Below, one piece after another: positions 18,407 to 28,381 of a stretch of 64,000 bases of DNA (position 1 is its first letter; each line of letters begins with the position of its first letter). Origin of the DNA: a virus; IMG/VR virus record IMGVR_UViG_3300027733_000033, one strand, 5' to 3'. The notes beneath the pieces are model-generated. The model made no database searches. It was not told where the DNA came from and saw nothing but the letters and a program-made list of their open reading frames with translations. Position numbers and translations under genes: made by a program.

Positions 18407-19462
18407 CTATGTCAACGAAACATTAACAGCTTCTAAAAACAAACTATTCATCAAATTCTTCACGCTTTCTTTATCCATATCTGTATCAACATTATCGATG
18501 TAATCTGATAGTATTTGTTTAGTGTCAGCTAGGTCAATCTTTTCGTCGATATTACCGTTAGAAAACTCAGACATATCCTCGATAATTTTAATGTCATAAC
18601 AGCCGGCGCTATATAGCCGTTTCAAAAAATTATCATATCCAAATAAATCGTTTTTGTTCACGATAATCAATTTGACATATTTCTCGGTTAGAGTTGACAC
18701 GTCAAATTTAGAGTAATCTGTAACCGTATCATCATATTCAAGTTTCTCAAATATGGTATAAGGATTTTGAATAAACTGAGTTTCACCGGTATCAGTATCG
18801 AATATCCAAAAACCTTTAGGGTCATTGAAGTCAGACCATGTAGTATCATATGGAGTTCCGGTATAAAGGATATTCCCTTTTACTGATTTTGTATGATAGT
18901 GCCCTGATACAACCAATTTATACCTACCATACATATCAACAGGATACCCGTCGTGAGCATCAACTCCTTTATACATTTGAAAGCCGGTAAACCCAAAATG
19001 TCCTACGCAATAATCAGATTTTGAGTTAGATACAAAGGAAGCAACTTCAGCCTTATTATCGTTACACACCCATGGGATAAAATCAATTTTTAAGCCGGCA
19101 AATTCTACTGCTGTTGGTTCATCAAAAATATACACATTTGAATACTCATTAAGCAATAGTGCTGTTGAGTTAACCTGAAGAGATTCTCTATAATAAATAT
19201 CATGATTTCCTAATAAGGTATAGAAAGTCATATTGTTAGCTTTCATTGGGTCAAATATAACCCGTTTGGCTTCATATAAAGATAACAGGTTTATTGCTTT
19301 TCTGCTATCAAATAAGTCACCAAGTTGGATAATCGTGGTTATATTATGTTCTTTAAGGTAAGGGAAAAACACATTTGAAAAGAATTTTTCAGAATGTTTA
19401 TGGAAGTTTGTAGAGTTATTTCTAACGCCTACGTGAACGTCACCAAGCCAGCATATTTTCAT
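18407..19462 (-). CDS. gp47: Recombination endonuclease nuclease subunit (Mre11/SbcD-like)
   Basis: GDVHVG, LGDLFD, GNHD and SGHYH. Confidence 0.96.
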   Translation of the reverse strand: MKICWLGDVHVGVRNNSTNFHKHSEKFFSNVFFPYLKEHNITTIIQLGDLFDSRKAINLLSLYEAKRVIFDPMKANNMTFYTLLGNHDIYYRESLQVNSTALLLNEYSNVYIFDEPTAVEFAGLKIDFIPWVCNDNKAEVASFVSNSKSDYCVGHFGFTGFQMYKGVDAHDGYPVDMYGRYKLVVSGHYHTKSVKGNILYTGTPYDTTWSDFNDPKGFWIFDTDTGETQFIQNPYTIFEKLEYDDTVTDYSKFDVSTLTEKYVKLIIVNKNDLFGYDNFLKRLYSAGCYDIKIIEDMSEFSNGNIDEKIDLADTKQILSDYIDNVDTDMDKESVKNLMNSLFLEAVNVSLT

Positions 19463-19471
19463 AATATCCTT

Positions 19472-20065
19472 TTAGCCAATTAAATTTTCTGGTTCATTAA
19501 TGTCATCGACAACATCAAATAAGTCAATATCTGATTCCATAAATTTAGATAATTCATTAATGTGTTCACGTTTTAATTTTGGTTTTTTCTCATAATATTT
19601 TGAATAATCTGATTTTTGTAAGGAATTCAAATATTCAAGATATTCGTTTACAACTTCTTTATTATCGTGTTCTTGGCTGGAATATTTTTCCACATTAATA
19701 TTTTTTGCCATTTCGCTTCTAGTATAGGCTTGGTCGCGTTCTTTTACGATTGTGGCAAGAAAAGAATAGTAGCAACACTGTGAAAAATACGAAAATGGGT
19801 TTTGTGTTCTTTCAGGGTCAAACGTATCAAAATATCTTATACAGTTTACTATGGCGTCTTGTATCATTTCATCTTTATACGAACGCCCGTAATATAGCGG
19901 TCTTTTAGCAAAATTGGTGGCAATATCAGTTATACATTTTCCAAGGTAATCATTAATCTTTGGTTTAGGTAAACCCTTTTCTTCGGCTTCTTTTAATGCG
20001 GCTTTCCTTTTGACAATTTCTTCATAAAATTTTACATTGTCTACATAATTATTTCTTGCTGTCAT
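19472..20065 (-). CDS. gp55: Late-transcription sigma factor
   Basis: NYVDN..FY, YKDEMIQDA, FDPERTQNPFSYFSQ; adjacent to gp47. Confidence 0.93.
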   Translation of the reverse strand: MTARNNYVDNVKFYEEIVKRKAALKEAEEKGLPKPKINDYLGKCITDIATNFAKRPLYYGRSYKDEMIQDAIVNCIRYFDTFDPERTQNPFSYFSQCCYYSFLATIVKERDQAYTRSEMAKNINVEKYSSQEHDNKEVVNEYLEYLNSLQKSDYSKYYEKKPKLKREHINELSKFMESDIDLFDVVDDINEPENLIG

Positions 20066-20568
20066 AATGTTCCTTCACAAATTGTTAAAATATCAGTCAT
20101 AATTCTAGCTTGCGTCGCGTTAATTTTTCTATTTTCAAATATGAATTTCATCATATCTATGGTATCTTCAACATAAGAAGGTTTAGGCGCATCGCTAATA
20201 TTGGATAATCTATCCAACAATTTTAAGGTCAAACCGTAGCTTGACATTCCCACCATTTTATTTTTCAAATAAACAACTTTTCCAACCCGCTTAATTTCTT
20301 TATTGTCAGAAGTCAATTCCTCGACAAGACTGGCAACGAAAGAACCAAACAACGAAGTTATTTCAGATAACGTGGTATCAGTATCTTCAATTGTATCATG
20401 TAGCAAACAAGCTACCTTTAGTTCGTCCATACGTTTTGAAGTTTTATATTTTGGTAATAACCCCGCAACATAAATAGGGTGAGATATATAAGGATTTCCG
20501 GTCACCTTTCTAACTTGCCCAAAATGTTTAGTAGTAGCAAATTCTAAAGCCATTTCAACGATACACAT
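20062..20568 (-). CDS. HD-domain (p)ppGpp hydrolase-like protein (SpoT/Mesh1 family)
   Basis: H.GQ.RK..G.PYISHP, LLHDTIEDT and LKLLDRLSN. Confidence 0.85.
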   Translation of the reverse strand: MCIVEMALEFATTKHFGQVRKVTGNPYISHPIYVAGLLPKYKTSKRMDELKVACLLHDTIEDTDTTLSEITSLFGSFVASLVEELTSDNKEIKRVGKVVYLKNKMVGMSSYGLTLKLLDRLSNISDAPKPSYVEDTIDMMKFIFENRKINATQARIMTDILTICEGTL

Positions 20569-20649
20569 TTTAACCTCCAAATTTTAATTTCACCTAATTA
20601 TACCGTATGCAAATGTAAAAGTAAAGCTTTTTTTAAAATTATTTTTAAT

Positions 20650-20677
20650 AAAAAAGCCAGCTTGTTAGGCTGGCTTT
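20650..20677 (-). terminator. Rho-independent terminator preceding an early promoter
   Basis: AAAGCCAGC..GCTGGCTTT with a T-tail on the minus strand. Confidence 0.8.
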
Positions 20678-20828
20678 GGTGAGTTAAAACGGCTCGACTA
20701 ATGTTAAACGACAAACATCAATAGTATCTATTGTCAAATCCTCATAAACAATGACAACTTTTACTGATCCTGAACACAATAACGGCTCATCTGAGGATTT
20801 GGCATACGCCTTTTTCCCAATTAAGGTG

Positions 20829-21248
20829 TTAGCCATCGATAGTTTTACCGGCTTGAAGATCTTTTAAAGTTAACCCGTTTGTGAACTGAATATGCGCTAG
20901 TTCTTTAAACTTAACCCAATCACCCGCCCATTCAAATCCTACTTCTTTAGCAATATGACCGGCTTTAGTAAACGCCGCCGTGTCTGCCCATTGAGCCTTA
21001 CCATTAACAATAGGAACAAAGTCCAGCGCTAATCTATAATTATGCCAAGATTGACCAGCTTTAGCATTAGTGACTTTTTTACCCGCTGTGGTTCTACCTT
21101 GTGCATATAAGGCGTTTTGGCTTTCATTATCACGATATGTTGATGTAACCAAAATATCTAATCCATGTTCTTTACACTTTGCTAAAAACTTTTCAGCCAT
21201 TGCTTTAACTTTTGGATGTAAGTCATTAAGGTCTCTGCTATTAATCAT
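20829..21248 (-). CDS. Endolysin, M15 L-Ala-D-Glu peptidase
   Basis: YRDNESQNALYAQGRT, VTNAKAGQSWHNYRLALD, EWAGDW and ELAHIQ. Confidence 0.9.
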   Translation of the reverse strand: MINSRDLNDLHPKVKAMAEKFLAKCKEHGLDILVTSTYRDNESQNALYAQGRTTAGKKVTNAKAGQSWHNYRLALDFVPIVNGKAQWADTAAFTKAGHIAKEVGFEWAGDWVKFKELAHIQFTNGLTLKDLQAGKTIDG

Positions 21249-21258
21249 AATTTATTTC

Positions 21259-21720
21259 CTATTTTCTAATGTATTTATTATACCCAGCTACCCAATCAGT
21301 AGCAAACATATCTTGGGCGACTTTCAAGTTAAGTGTACCTTTACAAACCGCACTATGTGCCCATGCTTCTAACACATCTTTTTTAGCCGCGTGATTCACA
21401 CCATATCTAGGCTCTGGCCAAAGGTTAGCTGGGTCAGAAGTCGCGCCACCTACCGATAATGGAATAAGATGGTCTTCCTCGTAATGCTTAGGGTCTTTAT
21501 CAACATACCCATATTCTTTAATTTGTTTCAACTTCAGATTATTAGTATAATAAGAAGAAGGTCGAATTGTAGCAGTATAATTAGGAACACAAATAGTTGA
21601 CTTAATATTACCCGTTGTGACGTTTGGATTTAACGCGCCGGCGGTTAATTTAGCGTTTGGTAAACCATCAGCCCAGGCAAGTGACGGCAGCAATAATGCA
21701 ACTAATAATAGTTTTTTCAT
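21259..21720 (-). CDS. Secreted protein with HNH-like (His-Me finger) motif
   Basis: Signal peptide MKKLLLVALLLPSLAWA; YEEDHLIPLSVGG...NLWPE...KKDVLE. Confidence 0.65.
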   Translation of the reverse strand: MKKLLLVALLLPSLAWADGLPNAKLTAGALNPNVTTGNIKSTICVPNYTATIRPSSYYTNNLKLKQIKEYGYVDKDPKHYEEDHLIPLSVGGATSDPANLWPEPRYGVNHAAKKDVLEAWAHSAVCKGTLNLKVAQDMFATDWVAGYNKYIRK

Positions 21721-21971
21721 TTATTTGCGCCTGCTAATAATGTATAAGTTTTGTGCTGAACTGGGATAGTTTTAGCGTTTGACCACGTACTAATACGTTC
21801 TGGTGTTTCTTTTATATCTGCCAATTCTTTAATGATAGTTTGGAGCACTTCAATTTGACGCTCGAGGATTATATTTTGACGTTTTGCATTATCAAATTTA
21901 ACATGCAAATTAGCGACATCATTTTCTAAATCTCTAATTCTTTCGCTTTTATTTTTACCAAACATTCCCAT
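21717..21971 (-). CDS. Coiled-coil hypothetical protein
   Basis: ORF behind a type-A promoter. Confidence 0.6.
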   Translation of the reverse strand: MGMFGKNKSERIRDLENDVANLHVKFDNAKRQNIILERQIEVLQTIIKELADIKETPERISTWSNAKTIPVQHKTYTLLAGANK

Positions 21972-22045
21972 TATAATTCTCCCAATAATTTAACTTCATT
22001 AAACTCTATTATATCTATTTTTATAAAAAGTAAAGCTTTATTTTT

Positions 22046-22158
22046 ACTAAATATTTTGTACAAAAAAAGCCACTCGCGATGTTACCAGCATCCAGTAGCA
22101 CTAATCATTCCAATGACAATTTAAGGTAAAACTATCATGACCAGCACAACTATATATA
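22046..22158 (+). promoter_or_regulatory. Endonuclease leader element (second GIY-YIG copy)
   Basis: ACTAAATA; GCCACT-CGC-GATG-TTACCAG-CATC-C-AGTAGC; CTAATCAT...ATGACCAG. Confidence 0.8.
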
Positions 22159-22802
22159 CTCCTATCACACCCACCTATCTGTACATCAAACAGCATTCCA
22201 TAACCAAAAAGAAATATTTTGGTAAGACCACTCGAGATCCATACAAATACAATGGTTCTGGTAAGCACTGGTCTAGACACATCAATAAACATGGTAAAGA
22301 ACACATCGTTACTCTTTGGGTTTCTGACTTGTATCACGACACATCAATTGTCGAGGTTGCCTTAAAATTTTCTGCTGATAACGATATCGTCAAATCTAAA
22401 GAATGGGCGAACCAAAAACCAGAAAATGGATTAGATGGCGGAAGTGTGAAACATACAGAAGAAACTAAACTCAAAATGTCTGTTGCACATGAAGGTAAAA
22501 AACACACAGAAAAAACTAAAGCTAAAATGCGTAAGCCTAGATCAGATGAAACCAAAGCCAAAATATCTGCTACTCTAACAGGCAAAAAACGTGGGCCTCA
22601 ATCAGAAGAAACTAAAGACAAAATATCTGCAGCTAACAAAGGTAAACCTAGAAAACCTCAATTAGAAGAATCTAATGCTAAACGATCTGCTACTATGACG
22701 GGTGTCTCTAAACCAGAATTTTTTTCAATAATTGAAAATAGAAAGACTTATGGTAAATCACATCTTTCTAGATATTATCCTGAATTTAAGCAGTACTATT
22801 AG
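22137..22802 (+). CDS. Seg-like GIY-YIG homing endonuclease with NUMOD3-like repeats
   Basis: N-terminal domain nearly identical to 10325; HTEETK.KMS repeats. Confidence 0.88.
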   Translation: MTSTTIYTPITPTYLYIKQHSITKKKYFGKTTRDPYKYNGSGKHWSRHINKHGKEHIVTLWVSDLYHDTSIVEVALKFSADNDIVKSKEWANQKPENGLDGGSVKHTEETKLKMSVAHEGKKHTEKTKAKMRKPRSDETKAKISATLTGKKRGPQSEETKDKISAANKGKPRKPQLEESNAKRSATMTGVSKPEFFSIIENRKTYGKSHLSRYYPEFKQYY

Positions 22803-22900
22803 AACGTGATACATTTAATGCACAGAAAATAACTGTTCATGAGTTGTTAACCAAATCCAACTTCCAATCAAAATACCGCTAATTACAGCAATTAAAATAA

Positions 22901-23512
22901 TCATCTTAAATCCTCTTTTATTTGTTCAAGTAATCCAATTAAATGTGGAATATCATTAACAGTATCCGTTGCAATATAAATACCATCTTCTAACCCATAC
23001 AATTTCCAATAATTAGTTTCTTTATAGGTTTGAACAATAGCATATTTTGAAGTCCATGGCATACCATGTTTACACACTACGGTATCTAAACTTTCGTCTC
23101 GTTTCATCACGCTAAGTTTACCGCTGTATGTTTCATCAGACGGCAGTAACACTTCATTAATATGTAGCTTTAACATCGATAAAAATAAATCTAAATGTTT
23201 ATGCTTGACCTTGATAGTTACATCGCTTCTGCGAATAAGAATCTTTTTATTATCTTCAGAAAAACTAATATCAAATGGCTCAAGAATTGCTGTATTTCTA
23301 CGCAATTGCTCTTCTTTGATAAGAACCTTAGTCACTTTAGATATATGATTTATAGCAGGATAAACTGATCGTCTAAGAGTTGACTCATCAACATCAGCAA
23401 GGTTTAATTCAACCGTGAACCCCTCTTGCTCTAAATAATCAGAAATAAAAACAGCAAGACTAGATTTACCCGCGCCTGCTAATCCAGAAACCGCAACATG
23501 TAATTCATTCAT
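22901..23512 (-). CDS. Hypothetical protein with N-terminal P-loop-like motif
   Basis: VAVSGLAGAGKSS. Confidence 0.55.
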   Translation of the reverse strand: MNELHVAVSGLAGAGKSSLAVFISDYLEQEGFTVELNLADVDESTLRRSVYPAINHISKVTKVLIKEEQLRRNTAILEPFDISFSEDNKKILIRRSDVTIKVKHKHLDLFLSMLKLHINEVLLPSDETYSGKLSVMKRDESLDTVVCKHGMPWTSKYAIVQTYKETNYWKLYGLEDGIYIATDTVNDIPHLIGLLEQIKEDLR

Positions 23513-23524
23513 AATATACCTATT

Positions 23525-23848
23525 TTAATCACTACTTGAAGATGAACTGCTAGAATCGCATGAACCGCTATCATACGAACTAGATGAACTTGAACTACTG
23601 TCAGAACTATCGTTATAGATAGCAGTGATAGCAGCTACCGCTGAAGGAAAATAATCGTCTTCAGATGAAATTGTAACCGGACGATTTTTTGGGCGTCTAT
23701 AACTATAGACAGGTTCTTCCATTTTAGGCTTACCCTCTAATTTATCAATTTTATCCCGTAACATTTTAATCGTAGAGTTTTGTTCTGATATTAGAGCATG
23801 TAATTCTTCAATTTTTTCTTTATCTTTACTGTTACTGAACCATTTCAT
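23525..23848 (-). CDS. Hypothetical protein with Ser/Asp-rich tail
   Basis: ORF behind a type-A promoter. Confidence 0.65.
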   Translation of the reverse strand: MKWFSNSKDKEKIEELHALISEQNSTIKMLRDKIDKLEGKPKMEEPVYSYRRPKNRPVTISSEDDYFPSAVAAITAIYNDSSDSSSSSSSSYDSGSCDSSSSSSSSD

Positions 23849-23940
23849 TTCAAACTCCGAATAATTTAATTAAGGTTTAACTTCATTAGACTCTATTATA
23901 CTATGTTTTTAACAAAAGTAAAGCTTTTTTTAAATAAATT

Positions 23941-25215
23941 TTATTTAATGTGGTCAAACATATCAGCTTCGTCACGGTCAATTCGTACTTCAAGGTATCT
24001 AGGTAAGAATAATGAATATGTATCAGAACCCTTAGATTTAATTTTGGTGTTATACTTAACCTCGATAATTTTACCTAAGAAATCACCATTTTTTCTATCG
24101 TCATCATTTAAACCTGAACCAACCGATACCTTTACTTTACCGTCTTCAGACTCACATAATAACGCACCAATTTGACCTTCATATTTAGAACCTACCGAGC
24201 CACCTTGGATAGCAACTACTCTTAATGAAGTAGTTTCTTCACCTTTAAATTTAATTTGAGATTGCGAACGTTTTGGTTCCCAAATAGCTTCCATTGATTT
24301 AAGGATAATGCCCTCAAAACCTTGAGCATAATAATCTTCATAAATTGCTCTGGCTTCATCTAATGAATCAACAACAAAACTAGGGACAACTGATAATTTA
24401 CCAGTTAACCCTAATGTGGTCAAATAGTCAAATCTTTCAACATAAGGCGTTGGGTCTTTTTGTTCAACCCAGTTATTATAAGGAATAATATCCCAAATAG
24501 TCATAGTAATTTTAGCCGCTTCAGCTTCGCCTTTGTTAGCCTTATTTAAAATCCCGTTACCAGTTTGGCGGTCAAGCTCAACACCGTTTTCTGATACTAA
24601 TAACTCACCATCAAATACTACATCAGCGCCTTTAGCCGCTTCAATAAATTCTTTTTCAAGATTACCTAATAGGTCAAAAGTTTTACCATTACGAGAATAA
24701 AAAGTAACCGCGCCGGCGTTAACTACAACATTACATCTAAGACCATCAAGCTTTTTTTGTACGATAGCAGGATAAACCATCTTAGCTAACACTTTATCGT
24801 TCATAGGAGTGCACAACATAGTGTCAAAGGTAGGAATTAAATCTTTCCAGATTTTGTTTACCGTAGGAGTAGAAACGCCACAGTCTAAATCTTTTTTAAT
24901 GATTAGTTCGATAACTTTAGCATCATCAGCTGAAACGTCAGAAAGGATATTAGATAAAAATTCGATAGCTTTGTTGCCGGTAACTTTACGGTCAGCCAAA
25001 TCGTTCATACGTTCTAAGGCTTCAATCAACTCAACGTTTTTACCGTTTGTAGAGTATGCGGGAATTTTGCGTTGGTAATACTGGATATGTGACGCTAACG
25101 CACGAATCATAACAGATTTCAATAATGAGTTATCAACATGCTTTTTAAGGATAGCTTCTTTTTCAAGTCTAGAATTAGTAGATCTTAACTCAGTGATAAC
25201 AGATAATATAGACAT
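23941..25215 (-). CDS. gp30: ATP-dependent DNA ligase
   Basis: QKKLDGLR, FDGEL, EGIILK, IKFK, VGSG and LFLPRY. Confidence 0.95.
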   Translation of the reverse strand: MSILSVITELRSTNSRLEKEAILKKHVDNSLLKSVMIRALASHIQYYQRKIPAYSTNGKNVELIEALERMNDLADRKVTGNKAIEFLSNILSDVSADDAKVIELIIKKDLDCGVSTPTVNKIWKDLIPTFDTMLCTPMNDKVLAKMVYPAIVQKKLDGLRCNVVVNAGAVTFYSRNGKTFDLLGNLEKEFIEAAKGADVVFDGELLVSENGVELDRQTGNGILNKANKGEAEAAKITMTIWDIIPYNNWVEQKDPTPYVERFDYLTTLGLTGKLSVVPSFVVDSLDEARAIYEDYYAQGFEGIILKSMEAIWEPKRSQSQIKFKGEETTSLRVVAIQGGSVGSKYEGQIGALLCESEDGKVKVSVGSGLNDDDRKNGDFLGKIIEVKYNTKIKSKGSDTYSLFLPRYLEVRIDRDEADMFDHIK

Positions 25216-25293
25216 TTTTAACTCCAATTTAATTACGGTTTAACTTCATTAAGATCTATTATACTATGATTTTTGTAAAAGTAAAGCTTTATT

Positions 25294-25794
25294 TTAAATT
25301 ATTTTTGCTAATTTTAAAATAGTTTCAGCATTATTTTTAAAGAGAATACCAGTACCGCCGGCGGCTTCCCATGCTGAGATGTTTCTAGGTAAGTCATCAA
25401 TCAATATATCGCTAGGATCCTTAACATATTTTGCCTTTTTAGAACCACCAATTACTGTATTCACTTTGATGTCGTTATCTAGGTTACTTTTAACCCACGC
25501 AATTTTATCAGCCTTTGCTGTTGCTAATTTACCATGCGGCAAAGGTAAGCTTGTTAAAATTTCTAAATTGATTGAACCAGAATTATGTAATCGCAATAGG
25601 TGTGAAAATAGCGTTTTGTAATTAGGCAAAGGCTCTAAATGTAAAAACAAATGGTCAACTTCAGCTAACCTTGCCCATGCATTTTTCATACCTAACTCAG
25701 CGAAAAATTCTTTTGTTGGCATATTAACTAATGATTCAACCGCACCGTCAAAATTAGTCATAACCCCATCTAAATCTAAATATACATTTAGCAT
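25294..25794 (-). CDS. 5'(3')-deoxyribonucleotidase (HAD family)
   Basis: YLDLDGVMTNF, ILTS and LIDD...WEAAGG.GI. Confidence 0.85.
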   Translation of the reverse strand: MLNVYLDLDGVMTNFDGAVESLVNMPTKEFFAELGMKNAWARLAEVDHLFLHLEPLPNYKTLFSHLLRLHNSGSINLEILTSLPLPHGKLATAKADKIAWVKSNLDNDIKVNTVIGGSKKAKYVKDPSDILIDDLPRNISAWEAAGGTGILFKNNAETILKLAKII

Positions 25795-26252
25795 CTAACC
25801 TCCATCAAAGAATCTTTAAAATCACCGGAATAGGTGGCTGAAGCAATTAAAACACATGGCGGAGCAGACACAATATTTTTCCATCTTTTATCTCCGTCCA
25901 ATATAGGCTTACCAAAATAACCGTAAACAAACCCGTTATCATCTGTCGCTATCCAATTAATTGCGCTATGAATTTTAATGGTATGTCCAAAATAATGAAT
26001 TGTTTTAGTAGCAGCAGAAACAAATTCAATAATTTTGAATTTAGGAACTTCTACTAAGTCATTAGCATGATACCCATTATCTATACAATATTCTTTGCCT
26101 TCTATAGTCCAACAACAACTATACCATATTTCAGTTTTTGAATCTTGATACGCGCCTATAACCGGAAAGTACCCGCGAACATCAATTTTATAGATTTCGA
26201 CAGGATCGCCACTTAAAGTTTTGTATTCTTTATCTTTTTGAATTATCATCAC
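25788..26252 (-). CDS. Hypothetical protein
   Basis: ORF. Confidence 0.65.
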   Translation of the reverse strand: MMIIQKDKEYKTLSGDPVEIYKIDVRGYFPVIGAYQDSKTEIWYSCCWTIEGKEYCIDNGYHANDLVEVPKFKIIEFVSAATKTIHYFGHTIKIHSAINWIATDDNGFVYGYFGKPILDGDKRWKNIVSAPPCVLIASATYSGDFKDSLMEVRC

Positions 26253-26742
26253 TTTCCTTCATTATGTTTTTGATAACATCTGCTAGAGACTCACCATTTT
26301 TAAAGTTATCCCAGTATTTTAAAAACGAAAAAATAGAATCGGAATCAGGGTCTTTAATATAGGCTTCATAAGTAGCGGTTGCTTGCTGGATTTTATGTAG
26401 TTTTTTCTCGGCGGTATATAGCCTTGGATTGATATTATCTTTAATCAAATTAGCAAACATTCTTACTGTAGAATTGCTATGTTTTGTATGATAGTTAAAT
26501 CCCCATTCTGTTATATATCTACAACTTTCCTCAGTTGAATTTACCACATAGTGAACAAATACCCCGTTAACGATAATCAATCCAACATAACCAATTTCAT
26601 CGTCTTGCTCAATTAAATAAAAGCTGCTCGATTCATCATCAGTAATGACCGTATCGCCTAACCTATAAGTGTTCATATTACAGGTTAGCTGTTTTGTTTG
26701 AATTTCTATGTCATAAATATAAAATGAATCAAAACAGCTCAT
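26230..26742 (-). CDS. Hypothetical protein
   Basis: ORF. Confidence 0.65.
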   Translation of the reverse strand: MSCFDSFYIYDIEIQTKQLTCNMNTYRLGDTVITDDESSSFYLIEQDDEIGYVGLIIVNGVFVHYVVNSTEESCRYITEWGFNYHTKHSNSTVRMFANLIKDNINPRLYTAEKKLHKIQQATATYEAYIKDPDSDSIFSFLKYWDNFKNGESLADVIKNIMKESDDNSKR

Positions 26743-26746
26743 ACCC

Positions 26747-27070
26747 TTATTCCTCGTTGTATTTGTTAAAAAGAAACTCTCTAAACTCAGCGGCTAACCT
26801 TTGATGAGTTTCAAATGAACAGTGTAGAAACCATTCTCTAGTTTCGCCGGAAGAAAAATAACCTAACGATGTTCTGTTGTCAATTAATCGTTCAATAGAA
26901 AATGGGTTTAATTGATCCCAGTCAATTTCAAAATCAGGATCTGTTATAGTTATCTTTTTACTTAATTCAGCAATTTCTTCATCTTTAAGTTCAAGCAATT
27001 TTTCATAGCATTCAATTGATGTATCTTTTTCACTTTCGCTTTTGAATAAATCGAACATAATTTTCCTCAT
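26747..27070 (-). CDS. Hypothetical protein
   Basis: ORF. Confidence 0.65.
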   Translation of the reverse strand: MRKIMFDLFKSESEKDTSIECYEKLLELKDEEIAELSKKITITDPDFEIDWDQLNPFSIERLIDNRTSLGYFSSGETREWFLHCSFETHQRLAAEFREFLFNKYNEE

Positions 27071-27072
27071 GG

Positions 27073-27669
27073 TTAGTATTTGTTTGCAACAAATTTTACT
27101 AATTTATCTAATAATGCTTCAGTTTGACTATCTAAAATATTTGCATAATCTTTGTAAATCATAGTTTTATATTTATGGCAGCATGAGCATAGGGTGTGTA
27201 GGTTTTCTGGCGAATTGTATTCTTCTTTAGAATACCCATTTAATTTTGCTCTATTTTTAGGGTAAACATGGTCGACTTCAAGTTGACCTGTTAACATAAT
27301 AGTAGTAGTGCAACGAAAGCCTAATCTACCGTCAACATTTTCGCAATAGGGTTTTACTGCCCAACGGTATTCGTGTTTAGAATTTCTATAATCGTTTACA
27401 GTATCAAATCCTTCTTTTTCAGCTAATTCTTCTTCTTTAGCATATTTGCGTTCCAGAGCATTAGCGTATCCTTCTTTTTCAGCTAATTCTTCTTCTTTAG
27501 CATATTTGCGTTCCAGAGCATTAGCGTATCCTTCTCTTTCAGCTAATTCTTCTTGTCTTTCATAATGATGTTTTGTACAAACTCTACGATAAATTGTATT
27601 TCCGTTTTTTTGTTTACCGGCAGTTGCTCTTTTGTTTTTACATCCACGAACTTCACAAATATGACTCAT
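27073..27669 (-). CDS. HNH endonuclease with N-terminal Cys/His motif and a 20-aa tandem repeat
   Basis: CENVDGRLGFRC, LEVDH...NLHTLCSCCH.YKT; preceded by an early promoter. Confidence 0.8.
   Translation of the reverse strand: MSHICEVRGCKNKRATAGKQKNGNTIYRRVCTKHHYERQEELAEREGYANALERKYAKEEELAEKEGYANALERKYAKEEELAEKEGFDTVNDYRNSKHEYRWAVKPYCENVDGRLGFRCTTTIMLTGQLEVDHVYPKNRAKLNGYSKEEYNSPENLHTLCSCCHKYKTMIYKDYANILDSQTEALLDKLVKFVANKY
27408..27554 (-). repeat. 60-bp coding tandem repeat (about 2.4 copies)
   Basis: Encodes EEELAEKEGYANALERKYAK. Confidence 0.9.
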
Positions 27670-27966
27670 AATATACGCTCCAAATTATCATTACGGTTTA
27701 ACTTCATTACGATCTATTATACTACTATTTTATGAAAAGTAAAGCTTTATTTTTACCAGCGGCGCTTACCAAACCCTATAGAAATGCTGAAGCATAAAAC
27801 GATAATGTGTAGCTCAATGGGATAAACGTCATTATCCCATCTAACGCCTACCCCAATGTGTTTTTCAATCATGAAATAGATTCTGCCAGAACCAAACATC
27901 TATATGTACAAAAAAACAAATGGAACCAAAATTACAAATACAACTGAGAAAAACAAAAGTAAAATA

Positions 27967-28152
27967 TTATCCATTAATCTGTTTCTCCGCATCTTTCCAG
28001 TTAGATTCAGCATCAGTAGAACCGTTGAGCCAAAGGTAATAAGCCGCTTCTTCTACCTGTTTGGTTTTATCTTCCACGTAATTCATATAGACTTCTGCTG
28101 CTTCCTCAGATGAATTAACTGACCTGAATAGATTTCTAAATTTTGTTAACAT
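27967..28152 (-). CDS. DUF2934-like small protein
   Basis: EEAAYYLW...NWKDAEKQI. Confidence 0.6.
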   Translation of the reverse strand: MLTKFRNLFRSVNSSEEAAEVYMNYVEDKTKQVEEAAYYLWLNGSTDAESNWKDAEKQING

Positions 28153-28381
28153 ATTTTCTCCAATAATCAATCAAATTATACCGTTTAAGCATTTTGCTAA
28201 TGTTAGGCAAATGTAGCATATTAACTACAAACCTATCGACTGCTTGGTTAGAAATCTGCTCATATCTTGTTTCCCTATATCTAGTGATAACCCCTAACTC
28301 ATCATATCGCTTATCCATAAATCTAGATTTGCGCCGTGAGTAAAACAATTTTAAATTTCGTTTTCGTAGTTCTTTTAGCAT
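28136..28381 (-). CDS. Basic hypothetical protein
   Basis: ORF. Confidence 0.55.
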   Translation of the reverse strand: MLKELRKRNLKLFYSRRKSRFMDKRYDELGVITRYRETRYEQISNQAVDRFVVNMLHLPNISKMLKRYNLIDYWRKYVNKI

